DNA of 64,000 bases from an uncultured Gammaproteobacteria bacterium (lineage in GTDB: Bacteria; Patescibacteriota; Microgenomatia; Levybacterales; GWA1-39-11): assembly GCA_964511305.1 (NCBI GenBank), contig CAZEEU010000003.1, forward strand, positions 13,410 through 77,409, in the 5' to 3' direction. Shown piece after piece: positions 1-8,805 of the stretch. The translations under genes were made by a program, and so were the position numbers. Every line of letters begins with the position of its first letter. Position 1 is the first letter of the stretch. The notes beneath the pieces are model-generated. The model was not told the DNA's origin. It ran no database searches and saw only the letters and a program-made list of their open reading frames with translations.

Positions 1-72
1 CTTTATGCAGAACTCTTGAAATATCAAATAGATGGAAATCAGAAGCTTCTCGACCAATTTGGCTTGCATTAG
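1..72 (+). CDS. 3' end of a gene running in from outside the window
   Basis: Open frame LYAELLKYQIDGNQKLLDQFGLH* ending with TAG at 70-72. Confidence 0.5.
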   Translation, partial: LYAELLKYQIDGNQKLLDQFGLH

Positions 73-142
73 ATCAAGCCAGTTTAGCGCAGCTAATTGG
101 CTTACGCCAATTTAGCGTAAACGAAGTTTGCACCAAGCTTTG

Positions 143-221
143 CTTAGCGTAGCCAAGGTTCTGCGAAGCAGGTTCTTAGCGTAACCAAGGTTCTGCGAAG
201 CAGGTTCTTAGCGTAGCCAAG
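143..221. repeat. 32-bp tandem repeat, about 2.5 copies
   Basis: cttagcgta(g/a)ccaaggttctgcgaagcaggtt at 143 and 175, partial copy at 207. Confidence 0.9.
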
Positions 222-260
222 ATTGCTGTCAAGCGAGCTTAACGCAGTCAAATTAGCCTC

Positions 261-1538
261 CTAGGCCAATTTATATCCTCTTGTTTTTACAGTAACTATC
301 TCGTATTCAGAATCTGAGCTCTTCAATTTACTCCTTAGTCGAGCAACAAGGCGGTCCACTGCCCAATCTGATACACCGTATAAAGCCGCTTCCGGCCAAA
401 CACACTCAATGATCTTCTCGCGCTCACAAAGAGCTCCACGATTTTCCTCCAGAATTTTTAATAATAGATGTTCTTTTTTTGAAAGCTCATGTTTGCTTGT
501 GTCTCTTGAGCTTCCTTCCTTATTCTGTAGGTATCTTTCAAAAAGTCTACTAAAAACTCCGCTTGCTGAGAGAATACCAGTGTTCCATAGATAGCTTGCC
601 TTTTCTTTCTCATCAGACGCTATTTGCTTGCCTTTAATATGCCTCAGAAGTACATCCTGCTCTTCTTGAACTAAAGACTCCCAAAGCTCCTCCGATTGAA
701 AAGCTATTCGTTCATCCATAAAAAGTTCGTCCTCAATATTTGCCAGAACAGATTTATTTTTCTTTTCATGAAGATATGAAAGTGAAAATTGTAAGTACTG
801 AGTATAACCGTCAACTATATCAAGAATCTTTAATTTGGTATTTTCAGGAAAATCGAGCCCATACCGTCTACATATCTCGTTAAGAACGACCATAGAATCT
901 TCTTTGCTACTCGGAGTCATATACATTGTTCTGGCAAATACTGATACTGAAGCTCGGGTAAAAACATCAGGGGACAATGACTCAAGGCTTCTTACACTAG
1001 TTATTACGTACGATAAGTTTTTATGACTTGCATCTATAAGCCCTTGTAAATTAGCAAAAAATTCGGGAGTAACGACATTTTGCATTCTATCAAACCTCAA
1101 AAAGAAGATTGTCGGACTTATTCCCTCTTCAACAAGCTTAACCAAACTTTTTCTAATTGAATCAATAGTTAGAAAAAGATCCTGAGACTGAATACTATCT
1201 AAGAAGAGGGTTTCTATATATTTTTTTGTTTTTTCCGTAACATTTGAAGACATCACGCTATCTTCAATTCTCTTAAGCGTTAGCACCCAGAATGGGTATA
1301 ACTCACGCTCAACTAAATCATTGAGATCAACTGAAATAAAAAGATGATTCCCATCCCCTATATATTTTTTTGCTATGCCTTGTTTGTGAAGAAAAAAACG
1401 AAGAAAATTGCTAATTCCAACCCTCTTCATTCCTACAAGTACGACATTGTTCCGATTCTTGATATAAAGCCCAAGACTCTGCGCATCCTTTTTTCTAAAG
1501 GATAATGGGTATTGCACTTCCTCCATATGGCTTTCCAC
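261..1538 (-). CDS. Degenerate P-loop NTPase domain fused to OmpR/PhoB-type winged-helix DNA-binding domain
   Basis: C-terminal LSKKEHLLL..RE.IIE.VW..AVDRLVARLRSKL..TVKTRGYKL (Trans_reg_C pattern); N-terminal GMKRVGIS at the Walker A position. Confidence 0.75.
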   Translation of the reverse strand: MESHMEEVQYPLSFRKKDAQSLGLYIKNRNNVVLVGMKRVGISNFLRFFLHKQGIAKKYIGDGNHLFISVDLNDLVERELYPFWVLTLKRIEDSVMSSNVTEKTKKYIETLFLDSIQSQDLFLTIDSIRKSLVKLVEEGISPTIFFLRFDRMQNVVTPEFFANLQGLIDASHKNLSYVITSVRSLESLSPDVFTRASVSVFARTMYMTPSSKEDSMVVLNEICRRYGLDFPENTKLKILDIVDGYTQYLQFSLSYLHEKKNKSVLANIEDELFMDERIAFQSEELWESLVQEEQDVLLRHIKGKQIASDEKEKASYLWNTGILSASGVFSRLFERYLQNKEGSSRDTSKHELSKKEHLLLKILEENRGALCEREKIIECVWPEAALYGVSDWAVDRLVARLRSKLKSSDSEYEIVTVKTRGYKLA

Positions 1539-1578
1539 TAGGTGAATTTTAGTCTTGCCTTCTTACAATTACAAGTTT

Positions 1579-1625
1579 TGTCAGATTAAAGTCAGAAGTA
1601 ATTGTTCTGTCAGGAAATTGTCTCA
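1579..1625. promoter_or_regulatory. Candidate OmpR/PhoB-type direct-repeat boxes
   Basis: GTCAG at 1580, 1591, 1609 and GTCTC at 1620, forming two pairs with 11-bp spacing. Confidence 0.4.
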
Positions 1626-1680
1626 AAGAATGGTTACTTTAAGTCAAGTTTTGTTCTTTGCAAGAATCTAAACTTTAGCT

Positions 1681-1926
1681 ATGAGTTTCGAAACATCAGA
1701 ACCAACCCCTGGCGGAAGAACTGAGGGAGTTCTTTCGCTGGGAGTTGAGGCAGAAGCAAGGCCAATAGCCATGGAACAGAACCGGCCAGCATTCCTAAAC
1801 AGAATAATAAGCATTCTGCCTTTTGGAAGAAGTTCTGAACCCATGTCTCTTGCAGATACATTAAGAGTCGATATTCAAAAAACTTCTAGACAAAACGGCG
1901 TTAGAGCAGATCCGAATTGGAATTAA
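1681..1926 (+). CDS. Hypothetical protein (81 aa)
   Basis: ATG 6 nt after TAAACT; fills the gap between neighbours. Confidence 0.55.
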   Translation: MSFETSEPTPGGRTEGVLSLGVEAEARPIAMEQNRPAFLNRIISILPFGRSSEPMSLADTLRVDIQKTSRQNGVRADPNWN

Positions 1927-1967
1927 CAAGAAAAAAGAGTACAACATAATTAGAGAGAATTTATACC

Positions 1968-2309
1968 ATGAGTTGGGAAACCGTAATCGAAGGAAGGTTA
2001 TATACAGCACTTGGAGAACAGGTGGTGCGTAAGGGTTCGGTTTGGGTCCACCAAACTTTTATAGAGGGAGAACATAAGCATATGGGCCCTGTTGTTATTG
2101 GTCTTGCGGGAAAAACAGAAACCATTAAGCAACTTTTGCTACCGCAGTCTTTTGTAGACCCTTCAATAAGAGTGAATGGGGAGAGTAATGCATCCTATAA
2201 TCACTTGGTAATTGACGAGCACAGACACCTGCTGGAACCTCATCAGCCTACGCCTGCATTTGAGCTGGTAGAGGGCATTGGGGAAGTAATTGCTACAAAA
2301 GCTGCCTGA
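1968..2309 (+). CDS. Hypothetical protein (113 aa)
   Basis: Non-overlapping ORF with globular-looking composition. Confidence 0.6.
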   Translation: MSWETVIEGRLYTALGEQVVRKGSVWVHQTFIEGEHKHMGPVVIGLAGKTETIKQLLLPQSFVDPSIRVNGESNASYNHLVIDEHRHLLEPHQPTPAFELVEGIGEVIATKAA

Positions 2310-2311
2310 TA

Positions 2312-2515
2312 TTAAGGGTAAAAAGCCAAGTAAATAACTCCTCTTTCTCCTATTTTTTCCTCCGTTCTCCATTTGGCTTTACATGCCCATTCATTTACCA
2401 AACTGTTGATCTTATCTTGAGGAAGCATCTGAAGCTCTACTTTAACCTTCATGGGAATTTTCTTCTTAAATGCAGCTCTGTATAGCATTTCAAAAGAATA
2501 GTCGCACTCAATCAT
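2312..2515 (-). CDS. Small hypothetical protein (67 aa)
   Basis: ATG starts 2 nt after the stop of the DUF2130 gene; operon-like. Confidence 0.55.
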   Translation of the reverse strand: MIECDYSFEMLYRAAFKKKIPMKVKVELQMLPQDKINSLVNEWACKAKWRTEEKIGERGVIYLAFYP

Positions 2516-2517
2516 AG

Positions 2518-3660
2518 TTATTCATCCTCAGGACCTGAGTCTAACGTGAGCATATCAAGCCCTTTTATCTGCAGGTTATTTGCAGTACCAATCTTTCCTT
2601 GAATAGAACCTACCATACGAGCCGTACTCTTCAGCATTTTTTCGGAGTACTCTATGCGTGTCTTCCATTGTTTTTCAAAAGCAGCACGTTCTTTAGATAC
2701 TTGATCCACCATCTCACGGTGTACTTCAAGAATTGATTCTATTTGCTGAGAAAATTCATGACTTACTACATATTCGTATAACGCTTCTCCTTTGCCTTCT
2801 CTGTTTTCAGCAAGATATTTTTGCCTAGCAACATCAATTAATTTTTGACGCATAACCTCAGCTATGACTAACGCATTTTGATAATTTACAACTAAAACCC
2901 CATCTATGTAGCCCATTGAGCCTTTTATCTCTTTAGGAAAAGCTGCAGAAACAATTATCGGAATGTTTGCCTTCTCTGTTCTTAAATCATTTTTAAGTTT
3001 TCTTGGCCAATCATTGTCCCAGGACTTTGTTTGTTTTGTCTCCCACAAAATAACGCCACATACGGTGCCTTTCGGAGTTTTTATAATTTGTCTAACGTCA
3101 GCTCCCTTTGTTCCTTTGCCAATTGGTATTATTTCATCATCAGGAAATATCTTTATTAATGAATTTTCAAAATCTAACTCTATAACCTCTCCCTGAGTTT
3201 GTTGCGACCCCTGCTCAAGCTGAATCCTCATTTCATCATTCTTCTTTTGTATATCTAAGAGTTTTTTTTCAAGCTCTAGTTCTTTGATTCTGTGTCTGTC
3301 ATTCTCTTTTTCAAGACTTTCTTTCAACCGCATCTCTACTTGTTTTTCCATGTCTAGCTTGAAGTCCTTTTTGTCTTCTTCAAGTTGCCTTTTCTCCTCC
3401 CTAAGTTTTAATTGCTCTTCACGAAATTCTTCATTTTTCTTTTTTTGCTCTTCAAGCTGGATTTTTAAATCCGCAAATTCTAAGGATTGTTTTTCTTCTA
3501 GCTCTTTTCTGGCTTTTTGTGCAGCATCGATTCTTGCCTTCTCAATCTCTTCCTCGTGATATTTTGATACTTCTTTCTTTACTTTATCTTCAACCTGATG
3601 AAGTAGAGCTTCAGTAATTTCAATTTCTTTTCCGCAATGTTTACAGGTAATCGTATTCAT
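2518..3660 (-). CDS. DUF2130-family coiled-coil protein
   Basis: N-terminal CxxC, long coiled coil, GSQQTQGE...KGAD...ILWETK.TK.W...W..KLK.D motif. Confidence 0.85.
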   Translation of the reverse strand: MNTITCKHCGKEIEITEALLHQVEDKVKKEVSKYHEEEIEKARIDAAQKARKELEEKQSLEFADLKIQLEEQKKKNEEFREEQLKLREEKRQLEEDKKDFKLDMEKQVEMRLKESLEKENDRHRIKELELEKKLLDIQKKNDEMRIQLEQGSQQTQGEVIELDFENSLIKIFPDDEIIPIGKGTKGADVRQIIKTPKGTVCGVILWETKQTKSWDNDWPRKLKNDLRTEKANIPIIVSAAFPKEIKGSMGYIDGVLVVNYQNALVIAEVMRQKLIDVARQKYLAENREGKGEALYEYVVSHEFSQQIESILEVHREMVDQVSKERAAFEKQWKTRIEYSEKMLKSTARMVGSIQGKIGTANNLQIKGLDMLTLDSGPEDE

Positions 3661-3718
3661 AAGAAAGCCAGTGTACTACCCAGTCAAAAGAGTGTCAATT
3701 GATATATGATATTTATAG

Positions 3719-5224
3719 ATGAAAGACAAGATACTTATCGCCCTATGTGCTTTCTATCTACTGCTAACCTCTGCAAATTTAACGCTACTCCCAATATTTA
3801 ATGACGAAAGTATTTATCTTGACTGGGGAATACGATCAACAACCAAACCCGGAATGCTTTATTACTCAGTAAATGACGGCAAACCACCACTTATGATATG
3901 GTTCTTTGGAATTTTTGTCCATTTCATAAATGACCCTCTTTTTGCTGGTCGATTTGTGTCGATCCTTTTTGGACTCATTACCCTTGTAGGAATTTTCTTT
4001 TTAAGCAGGTTCCTTTTTGGTAAAAGAACAGCATATGTAACAAGTCTTCTCTACATAGTCACTCCGCTGATATTCTTTTATAACAGGCAGACGCTAATGG
4101 AATCAGGGGTTGCAGCCTCCGGGGTTTGGTCAACATATTTCCTTATTCGATCAATAAAATCTCACTCTCCAAAAAACGCCATCTTTTCAGGACTTATAAC
4201 AGGGTTAGGATTTTTCATCAAAACGAATGCAATAATTTTTCTAATTTCGACAATTGTTGGGACTGTTTATGAAGCATATAAATTGAAAAATCGCATGATC
4301 GCAAGATCACTACTGTTAATATCGGCAGGGTTTATTGGTGGATCAGTTCTTCTTCTTATTAACCCAATTTTTTGGTCAACTTTATCAAGAAATTCCCGCT
4401 ATGGCTTGACCTTTTCTGAATTACTACATTTTCCAATAAGTATATGGGTATCTAATCTTTCTATAAATGTGCTTATATTAAGCTTTGTCTTAACACCATT
4501 TATATTGATAGCCGCTTTATGTGGTTTATACCAATTCAGAAAAAAACATTTTTTGCTTGTATTACTAGTACTCGTCCCACTTATCCTAGAAACCTTAACA
4601 GTAAGACAAGCAGTCCAAAGATACCTTGTAAGCTATACGCCTCTTCTTCTCTTACCCGCAGGCTATGTTTTTTCGAAACTTATTGATAAAAATAAAACAA
4701 TTGGGCTGGGCATCCTACTTCTCAGCCTAATACCAGCACTTTACTTAATTCTTTTACAAATCTTTTCTCCTGCTACATATTTTCATACCACACGCATGAT
4801 CCCAGGAATCACTGACAATGGATATGTTGCCGGCCAACTATCAGGCTATGGAGTAAATAAGCTCATTCCTAAAATAGAAGCATTGGCGGATAGAAAAATT
4901 ATTATCCTGTTTGCAGAAAATGCGGGTAACCCTGAAAACGCAATGAATATATATTTTGAAAAAAATAAGAATATCCAAACTGGATACGTTCAAAGTGATT
5001 ACTTTGGAGATCAGCTTAAAAATTATGAATGTATTCTGGAAAAAAATGGGAAGCCTATGTATTTTATAAGCCGTTCATCTTATCTTGTTGGCCTTGAAAA
5101 GTATTTAATATTGAAAGAAAAAATATCACTTCCAGAGTCAACAGAATATATTGGAATATACAAAATGAAAGATGATTGCACAAGAAATAAGAGTCTTATT
5201 GTAGAGCCAGTTATGAAACTTTAG
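3719..5224 (+). CDS. GT-C fold glycosyltransferase (ArnT/PMT family 39)
   Basis: DE..Y...GKPPL motif and many TM helices. Confidence 0.85.
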   Translation: MKDKILIALCAFYLLLTSANLTLLPIFNDESIYLDWGIRSTTKPGMLYYSVNDGKPPLMIWFFGIFVHFINDPLFAGRFVSILFGLITLVGIFFLSRFLFGKRTAYVTSLLYIVTPLIFFYNRQTLMESGVAASGVWSTYFLIRSIKSHSPKNAIFSGLITGLGFFIKTNAIIFLISTIVGTVYEAYKLKNRMIARSLLLISAGFIGGSVLLLINPIFWSTLSRNSRYGLTFSELLHFPISIWVSNLSINVLILSFVLTPFILIAALCGLYQFRKKHFLLVLLVLVPLILETLTVRQAVQRYLVSYTPLLLLPAGYVFSKLIDKNKTIGLGILLLSLIPALYLILLQIFSPATYFHTTRMIPGITDNGYVAGQLSGYGVNKLIPKIEALADRKIIILFAENAGNPENAMNIYFEKNKNIQTGYVQSDYFGDQLKNYECILEKNGKPMYFISRSSYLVGLEKYLILKEKISLPESTEYIGIYKMKDDCTRNKSLIVEPVMKL

Positions 5225-5571
5225 TCAAGAACCTTACCCTCTACATACTTACCATGAGAATATGTTTCAAGTATTTTTACGTTTTTGTCGTTTGCTTTGA
5301 ATGCAACGTCAAATATAACTCCCAAGAACGGTATAAGACCAACTAAAAAGTCTATAGCAATATTAAGAATCATTTTTAGAAAATCTTTCTTTGATACACC
5401 CACCTTGTATGCTATATGAAGGATAAAAAGACTAAGCAAAACACCAATAACATCCCCCACCCAAGGGATAAGATCTATAATCGGATCTAATCCAAATCTA
5501 ACACCGCCGATATTAAATTGGGAATCGAGAAGTTTTGAAAATATTTTAGCTGTTCGTATTCGCTTGTCCAT
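5221..5571 (-). CDS. DUF4112 membrane protein
   Basis: LLD..F.I..RFGLDPII.LIP.VGD...D..VG.IP..G..FD..FKAN..N. Confidence 0.85.
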   Translation of the reverse strand: MDKRIRTAKIFSKLLDSQFNIGGVRFGLDPIIDLIPWVGDVIGVLLSLFILHIAYKVGVSKKDFLKMILNIAIDFLVGLIPFLGVIFDVAFKANDKNVKILETYSHGKYVEGKVLD

Positions 5572-5842
5572 TATTTATAAATGACTGAATTTCTGAAAAT
5601 AACTCGGTCTGTCCATTATCAATGGTTGCAGACTCAGGATCAATACCACATTCTGTAAGAAAATGAGTATTTATTTTTCCAAATAGAGTGTATAAATCGT
5701 ATTCCGTAGGCAATCCATCATATGTTCTATCCCTGAGAAAATAATAATATTGTCCTGGCCCGAGCGGATGCTCTTTGAGACGAGTAGCTAGCGGCTCACT
5801 GTCCGATACAACTACCGCATTCTTTGGAATCTCGGCGTTCAT
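5546..5842 (-). CDS. Hypothetical protein (98 aa), probable paralog of 5887-6186
   Basis: TGGTATATT 7 nt before ATG; shares E..RL.E.PL and Y(D/E)GL motifs with neighbour. Confidence 0.6.
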   Translation of the reverse strand: MNAEIPKNAVVVSDSEPLATRLKEHPLGPGQYYYFLRDRTYDGLPTEYDLYTLFGKINTHFLTECGIDPESATIDNGQTELFSEIQSFINNGQANTNS

Positions 5843-5886
5843 TTTAAGAAATATACCACACCAAAACTTGCCATATCAAGAAGAAA

Positions 5887-6186
5887 TTATTGCTCTATAG
5901 TCTGAGGAAAATCAGAAGTGAGCTGTCCCATGTCTTGAACCTCAATTGGAGCTAACAGCTGCGCATACCTTTCAGCTTCAGTATGTGGTGGTGTGTTCAA
6001 TAATCCTTCATATGGTATATGATCCTCACAAACCCCGAATCTATATTCTGGGTTCTGCCCGTTTTCGGCTTTTCCGATATAATCTTCAAGTGGAGTTTCA
6101 GCTAGTCGCTTCCCTATTGATTCATGTGCGCAAACCCATAGTTGCCCAGTCGCTGCGTCGAATGATGGAATTTGTCTTTCTGACAT
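5887..6186 (-). CDS. Hypothetical protein (99 aa)
   Basis: TGATACAAT 7 nt before ATG; motifs shared with 5546-5842. Confidence 0.6.
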   Translation of the reverse strand: MSERQIPSFDAATGQLWVCAHESIGKRLAETPLEDYIGKAENGQNPEYRFGVCEDHIPYEGLLNTPPHTEAERYAQLLAPIEVQDMGQLTSDFPQTIEQ

Positions 6187-6228
6187 GCATGAAATTGTAT
6201 CAGAAAGATAGGGTTTTGCAATGAGAGT

Positions 6229-6936
6229 CTAGTTTATTTTTAGATGATGCTTGAGAGTAAATATCCAATCCTCATCATATTGCTCATTATTTAGTTTTTG
6301 CTCTAACATCCATTCCAAATAATTTTTGTCGTACGCAAGAACTTCTTCAATTTTTTTACCTTTATGCTTACCGTAGTTAAAAATCCGAAGAAGTAACGGT
6401 TTTGATGATATCTCAACCATAGTATCTAAAATGTTATGATTTCCTTCCTTTTCCATGCGCTTGTAAAGATACTCAAATAGTTTTTCAAGAACTAACACGT
6501 CACCTGCTGCATCATGTGCTTGCGCATCCAAATCAAAATCAAGAAAATACCTCAAATACTGTAATCCATATTCTGGTATTTCATTCTCTTTATCTAAATA
6601 TCTAATAAGCTTATATGTGTCAATAAAACTACTAACCTGAACTCCTTCTTTATATAAAATGTCTATGTCAAAACCGGCATTATGAGCGACTAATATATTG
6701 TCTTTAAGAATTTCCTGAACTTCTTGCTTCATAAGAGATGAGGAAAACTCTTCTTTGTCTTCAACCATTTTATTAGTTATGTGAGAAATACTCATAGATT
6801 TCACAGAAATAGGAACAGGAGGCTTAAAATATGAAGAAACTAACTTACTTTGATATTTATATGCTAGCTGCACCATGCGATCAACTAAAGGATCTATCCC
6901 TGTTGTTTCGGTATCCAAAAGTACTACATTATTCAT
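6229..6936 (-). CDS. DnaQ/DEDDh 3'-5' exonuclease (exonuclease X-like)
   Basis: DTETTG, AHNAGFD, HDAAGD, C-terminal YGKHKGKKI..V...D..YL.W; start moved to ATG 6936. Confidence 0.9.
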   Translation of the reverse strand: MNNVVLLDTETTGIDPLVDRMVQLAYKYQSKLVSSYFKPPVPISVKSMSISHITNKMVEDKEEFSSSLMKQEVQEILKDNILVAHNAGFDIDILYKEGVQVSSFIDTYKLIRYLDKENEIPEYGLQYLRYFLDFDLDAQAHDAAGDVLVLEKLFEYLYKRMEKEGNHNILDTMVEISSKPLLLRIFNYGKHKGKKIEEVLAYDKNYLEWMLEQKLNNEQYDEDWIFTLKHHLKIN

Positions 6937-6986
6937 AATCTTGAGGCTAATTGTATCATATGATAAAAGTTCTTCGAAGATTTGAC

Positions 6987-7526
6987 TTAAATTAAGCCGA
7001 GTTTTTTGGAACATCCTCCCCAAGGACCCCATCCACGACGAGATTGAAGTAATTTTCCTTTTGAAATTTGTTCTTCAGCGGATGCATCAGATGGTTTTCC
7101 ATTACCTCCGACAGAGGCCCAGGCACCCAATGAAAATTGAAGTCCACCATAATATCCATTTCCAGTATCTGATTTCCAATTTCTATGAGACTCGCAATCG
7201 GCAATTTTATACCAAATTTCGTCTCCGGAAGCGTCTACTTGCGGGGTAGGCGTTGGAGTTACTTTGTCGATTTCAAAACTCATTGCAATTATCTTATTTT
7301 CGTCTGGTGCCTGTGGCGGATTTATAATTTCTCTCTTTGATGCAGCAAGTCCTGCCCCCAAAAATACACTCTCCTGACGATACTTTACATCTGACTCAGA
7401 GTGGGCTGTTAATGCAGTATGAGTTATCAAAAAACCAATTGTAATTATGACTATAGAGACGATAAAACTGACTCTAAAAACGAGGGACGTGAAGAAGCTA
7501 GGCACTGTCGGTTGTGCACTTTCCAT
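6987..7526 (-). CDS. Resuscitation-promoting factor (Rpf)-type transglycosylase with N-terminal TM
   Basis: W..IADCES..NW..DTGNGYYGGLQFS..W...GG...EQI...L....GWGPW..C. Confidence 0.9.
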   Translation of the reverse strand: MESAQPTVPSFFTSLVFRVSFIVSIVIITIGFLITHTALTAHSESDVKYRQESVFLGAGLAASKREIINPPQAPDENKIIAMSFEIDKVTPTPTPQVDASGDEIWYKIADCESHRNWKSDTGNGYYGGLQFSLGAWASVGGNGKPSDASAEEQISKGKLLQSRRGWGPWGGCSKKLGLI

Positions 7527-7620
7527 CTTTAGAAATTATAGATGCATTGAACCTGCGATGCAAATTTGAACTTATTTTTGATGTATTGACTTATCTTGAT
7601 ACTGGTATATAAATAGTTAT

Positions 7621-8760
7621 ATGCATTCCCTCCTGTCCAAGGTGCTCGCTATTTTTCTCTTTGCAATTCTTGCAGTTCTTCTCGTTATAAATGCTCCAGA
7701 TGCACAAGCCGCAACAGCAAATACCGTAGTTATTTCTGAGGTCTCTATATCGGGAGCCACGACAAGTGACGAGTTTGTAGAGCTTTACAATCCTACAAAT
7801 AACGACATTAGTCTTCAAAGCTGGAGATTGACCAAAAAAACCGAAGCAGGAAATGAATCGAATCTTGTCTCCTCTCTTTCCGGAACTATTAAAGCTCGTG
7901 GTTATGTATTAATAACTCCTCAGAGTGGATATATGGGTAATGCTGCAGCTGATAAAACTTTTTCAGTCGCAGGAGCTCAGCTAGCTTCAAATAACACAGT
8001 GCTTTTATATAGTGATGCGGGTATGACTCTAGTTGATAAGGTAGGCTTTGGAACTGCTAGTGACCGTGAAGGCTCAGCTTCTGCAAATCCAAATACTGGT
8101 GAGAGTCTTGAAAGAAAAGCTAATTCTCTATCAACCTACACAAGCATGTCAAGCGGAGCTGATATGCTCATGGGGAACGGAGAGGACACAAATAATAATA
8201 TCTCCGACTTTATCGTTAGGATAGTTGCACAACCACAAAACAGTGTTTCAGCGCTTGAACCAGTTCCAACCCAAACGCCTACCGTCACAGTCACATCGAC
8301 TCCAACTACGACACCAACAGTAACTATTACTCCAACTGCAACTCCTACTCCCACAATGACTCCTACACCAACTGTTACGGCTACACCTACTGTTACCCCC
8401 ACAGCAACGCCAAGCGTTACTCCAACAATGACACCAACCCCAACTGCCACTCCTACTCCAACCGCAACACCAACCCCAACTATGACTCCAACTCCAACCG
8501 TTACTGTCACTCCTACGGCAACGCCTAGCGTCACACCAACACCTACTACTACCCCTACGATGACACCTACCCCAACACTGACAGTTACCCCTAGTGTTAC
8601 TAGTACACCAACGCCTAGCATCACAATGACTCCTACTCCAACTCCAGTTGCTACATTCCCAACCTTCAAGCTTGTATGTACAAACAAAATTCTTAGCTTC
8701 AATATCCTTTCAATACACTTCAGTGTTCCTCTTCTTACTTGCAACGTAGTAAAACTCTAA
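7621..8760 (+). CDS. Secreted lamin-tail-domain protein with long Pro/Thr linker
   Basis: Signal peptide, VVISEV...EFVELYNPT, (TP)n region. Confidence 0.85.
   Translation: MHSLLSKVLAIFLFAILAVLLVINAPDAQAATANTVVISEVSISGATTSDEFVELYNPTNNDISLQSWRLTKKTEAGNESNLVSSLSGTIKARGYVLITPQSGYMGNAAADKTFSVAGAQLASNNTVLLYSDAGMTLVDKVGFGTASDREGSASANPNTGESLERKANSLSTYTSMSSGADMLMGNGEDTNNNISDFIVRIVAQPQNSVSALEPVPTQTPTVTVTSTPTTTPTVTITPTATPTPTMTPTPTVTATPTVTPTATPSVTPTMTPTPTATPTPTATPTPTMTPTPTVTVTPTATPSVTPTPTTTPTMTPTPTLTVTPSVTSTPTPSITMTPTPTPVATFPTFKLVCTNKILSFNILSIHFSVPLLTCNVVKL
8260..8665 (+). repeat. Low-complexity Pro-Thr coding repeat
   Basis: TPTxTPT repeats with diverged synonymous codons. Confidence 0.85.
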
Positions 8761-8805
8761 TTCTTGTAGTCCAACCTCAAATACTGTACGCTTTTAATAC
8801 GATCA

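Noticed and set aside
143-221. CRISPR array
   Set aside because: The 32-bp units are directly adjacent with no unique spacers, and no cas genes are present.
8136-8744. 202-aa Val/Gly-rich minus-strand ORF
   Set aside because: Antisense shadow of the Pro/Thr repeat in the lamin-tail protein.
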